Assembly: GCA_030141605.1 (NCBI GenBank)
Contig: JAQGDQ010000626.1
Coordinates: 1 to 38,375 of the forward strand
Direction of reading: 5' to 3'
DNA length: 38,375 nt
From: Tubiluchus corallicola
Lineage: Eukaryota > Animalia > Priapulida
Shown here: positions 35,891 through 38,375 of the stretch, one piece after another
Layout of the letters: every line of letters starts with the position of its first letter
Position numbering within the stretch: position 1 is the first letter of the stretch
The notes under the pieces: model-generated
What the model was told of the DNA's origin: nothing
The model's database searches: none
Seen by the model: only the letters and a program-made list of their open reading frames with translations
Translations under genes and position numbers: made by a program

Positions 35891-38084
35891 TTAGTTTAAA
35901 CATAATTTATTTAGGATTGGATCAGACAGTTTGAACAAAATGATTTAGGATCCTCACCACAACAGACTTTATACACTATTTACAAGAACATTTACAGTAA
36001 GAATAGACTATAACTACACAAGCTGACAAGTTTTACTACAAGATTACATTAGACACTAGTAACATTTACAGTAAGAATTGACTATAACTACACAAGGTGA
36101 CAAGTTTTACTACAAGATTACATTAGACATTAGTAACATTTACAGTAAGAATAGACTATAACTACACAAGGTGACAAGTTTTACTACAAGATTACATTAG
36201 ACACTAGTAACATTTACAGTAAGAATTGACTATAACTACACAAGGTGACAAGTTTTACTACAAGATTACATTAGACATTAGTAACATTTACAGTAAGAAT
36301 TGACTATAACTACACAAGCTGACAAGTTTTACTACAAGATTACATTAGACATTAGTAACATTTACAGTAAGAATAGACTATAACTGCACAAGCTGACAAG
36401 TTTTACTACAAGATTACATTAGACACTAGTAACATTTACAGTAAGAATTGACTATAACTACACAAGGTGACAAGTTTTACTACAAGATTACATTAGACAT
36501 TAGTAACATTTACAGTAAGAATAGACTATAACTACACAAGGTGACAAGTTTTACTACAAGATTACATTAGACATTAGTAACATTTACAGTAAGAATAGAC
36601 TATAACTACACAAGGTGACAAGTTTCACTACAAGATTACATTAGACATTAGTAACATTTACAGTAAGAATAGACTATAACTACACAAGGTGACAAGTTTT
36701 ACTACAAGATTACATTAGACATTAGTAACATTTACAGTAAGAATAGACTATAACTACACAAGGTGACAAGTTTCACTACAAGATTACATTAGACATTAGT
36801 AACATTTACAGTAAGAATAGACTATAACTACACAAGGTGACAAGTTTTACTACAAGATTACATTAGACATTAGTAACATTTACAGTAAGAATAGACTATA
36901 ACTACACAAGGTGATAAGTTTTGCTACAAGATTACATTAGACATTAGTAACATTTACAGTAAGAATAGACTATAACTACACAAGGTGACAAGTTTTACTA
37001 CAAGATTACATTAGACATTAGTAACATTTACAGTAAGAATAGACTATAACTACACAAGGTGATAAGTTTTGCTACAAGATTACATTAGACACTAGTAACA
37101 TTTACAGTAAGAATTGACTATAACTACACAAGGTGACAAGTTTTACTACAAGATTACATTAGACAGTAGTAACATTTACAGTAAGAATAGACTATAACTA
37201 CACAAGGTGACAAGTTTTACTACAAGATTACATTAGACATTAGTACATTTACAGTAAGAATAGACTATAACTACACAAGCTGACAAGTTTTACTACAAGA
37301 TTACATTAGACATTAGTAACATTTACAGTAAGAATAGACTATAACTACACAAGCTGACAAGTTTTACTACAAGATTACATTAGACACTAGTAACATTTAC
37401 AGTAAGAATAGACTATAACTACGCAAGCTGACAAGTTTTACTACAAGATTACATTAGACATTAGTAACATTTACAGTAAGAATAGACTATAACTACGCAA
37501 GCTGACAAGTTTTACTACAAGATTACATTAGACATTAGTAACATTTACAGTAAGAATAGACCATAACTACCCAAGCTGACAAGTTTTATTACAAGATTAC
37601 ATTAGACATTAGTAACATTTACAGTAAGAATAGACTATAACTACACAAGCTGACAAGTTTTGCTACAAGATTACATTAGACATTAGTAACATTTACAGTA
37701 AGAATAGACTATAACTACACAAGCTGACAAGTTTTACTACAACATTACATTAGACATTAGTAACATTTACAGTAAGAATAGACTATAACTACACAAGCTG
37801 ACAAGTTTTACTACAGTGATACATTAGACATTAGTAGAAAATGACGGTTAGAAAATATTAATGTACGAATATTTAAGACTGATGCATTTCATATCAGATA
37901 GAAACTACTGGAAGCGTTTAGTACGTAATATAAAGTCACGTATGCATTGCAATATTTTACAGTAAGCAACATAGTTAAATTCATCTTTACCGAATAATAA
38001 CAACTTCAACAGATCATTAGTTCCTAAGGCAGCTATATTAAGGTTTTCGGGCAGAAGTATTGCATTTAATTTATCAAACATAAC
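35891..38084 (-). mobile_element. Second 5'-truncated copy of the CR1-like LINE, with 25 x 74-bp array
   Basis: Flanks nearly identical to those of 13784-14655; same ORF end (LLFGKDEFNY...TKRFQ); 3' end AATAAATTATGTTTAAACTAA on the minus strand. Confidence 0.85.
35988..37836. repeat. 74-bp tandem array (25 units)
   Basis: Same unit as 13883-14400; 1849 bp / 74 is ~25. Confidence 0.97.
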
Positions 38085-38375
38085 TATTTTTGGGGTCAAA
38101 ACCCATGTATGTTGGATGTTTGGTAAATTTTAAACGTTGGTGTGCCAACGCGCTAAAAAAAATTTGAACAAAAAGTAAAAAAAAAAGCTTTTTATAAAAG
38201 TGATGTTCATAAACGCATTAAAATTAAAACAAACTACTTTGTACGCATTTGAAGCGCCACCTGCTGCACAAAAAATTTTACAGGCTAATAGCGTCATATT
38301 AGTTCGACAAAAGTTTTCCAGAAGTGATACTCAAATGCTGCTCTCTGAACCCGGTAGTATTTTTTCCTATTATAT

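Overview
Repeat-rich, AT-rich eukaryotic (probably marine invertebrate) genomic DNA. I can support three host genes: (i) the 3' part of a spliced + strand gene (exons 2715-2781, 7758-7787, 11373-11908; protein ends in ESIV); (ii) a + strand secreted two-Kunitz-domain gene (18232-23275) whose first Kunitz exon carries a 1-bp frameshift; (iii) an intronless - strand class A GPCR (25216-26085) lacking the TM6 CWxP motif. The rest is satellites, microsatellites and transposon relics: a Helitron dimer, CR1/L2/RTE LINE 3' ends, a 5S-derived SINE, pogo and Tc1 remnants, and piggyBac-like, Kolobok-like and TA-target MITEs. The most striking structure spans ~3060-7595. It is a 69-bp satellite array bracketed by ~150-bp inverted repeats, each carrying a Penelope-type minimal hammerhead ribozyme motif. 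A diverged copy of the same element with a single 69-bp unit lies at ~20110-20335, and a tandem Helitron dimer is inserted inside the array. All alignments, folds and gene models were done by eye; family assignments rest on recalled motifs, not database searches.
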